From: Gemmatimonadota bacterium
Lineage (GTDB): Bacteria; Gemmatimonadota; Gemmatimonadetes; Gemmatimonadales; GWC2-71-9
Length of the DNA: 64,000 nucleotides
Assembly (NCBI GenBank): GCA_003222055.1
Contig: QHUT01000060.1
Location: forward strand, 9,662 to 73,661
Direction of reading: 5' to 3'
In this document: piece by piece, positions 63,949 through 64,000 of the stretch
How positions within the stretch are numbered: position 1 is the first letter of the stretch
How the letters are laid out: each line of letters starts with the position of its first letter
The notes under the pieces: model-generated
Database searches by the model: none
The model's input: the letters and a program-made list of their open reading frames with translations, nothing else
What the model was told of the DNA's origin: nothing
Made by a program: the position numbers and the translations under genes

Positions 63949-64000
63949 GGGCTCACACGTTCAAAACGTCACGCGATCCTTCTTGGCTTCAATGACCGCA

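Noticed and set aside
63961-64000. Partial minus-strand ORF end (...AVIEAKKDRVTF*) just upstream of pabA, possibly pabB.
   Set aside because: Only 13 codons are visible, so no family assignment is possible. I mention it only as context.

Overview
The window is visibly GC-rich, though I did not compute the percentage. It is almost fully coding and reads as a bacterial chromosomal core region around the replication origin. Gene content (GWxTD protein, several eukaryotic-like Ser/Thr kinases, XoxF plus methanopterin genes) suggests a Gemmatimonadota-like soil lineage, but that is only an inference.

Left to right:
- An ABC-2 exporter and a complete sufBCDSU Fe-S assembly operon.
- def, then a TPP riboswitch followed by thiC.
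- A roughly 1000-aa lipoprotein made of 8 tandem PPC-like domains, then ggt.
- A tetR-M90 peptidase-cyclase operon facing two zinc-ribbon membrane proteins.
- Ferredoxin, a thioesterase/hydrolase fusion, a D-Cys desulfhydrase-like enzyme and RNase D.
- An operon holding a matrixin, an orphan AmmeMemoRadiSam-type radical SAM enzyme, a beta-lactamase-fold hydrolase, a DCC protein and a DUF59 protein.
- An MMPL transporter, a type IV pilin, polA, cspA, slt and a GWxTD lipoprotein.
- Three Ser/Thr kinases, pyrE, an MCP, an AraC regulator, an M28 peptidase and a macro-domain protein.
- RNase P RNA, mtgA, and the origin block: dnaN, a candidate oriC, dnaA, rpmH, rnpA, yidD, yidC, mnmE.
- At the right end, a methylotrophy island: xoxF (lanthanide-type methanol dehydrogenase), xoxJ, a c-type cytochrome, a pentapeptide-repeat protein and a YVTN beta-propeller. 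Tetrahydromethanopterin-cofactor genes (mptG, DUF447, pabA) lie directly upstream.

I recognised no rRNA, tRNA, CRISPR array, transposase, integrase or phage gene.

The most interesting items are the xoxF island and its unusual accessory gene, a TAG-trinucleotide array in the candidate oriC, and a dispersed period-8 TAGACGCA palindromic repeat family. G-quadruplex-type motifs in and before mnmE, the 8x PPC-repeat lipoprotein and the orphan radical SAM operon also stand out.

Many long ORFs in the track are antisense or out-of-frame shadows typical of GC-rich DNA, and I rejected them. All functional calls rest on motif recognition by eye; no database search was possible.
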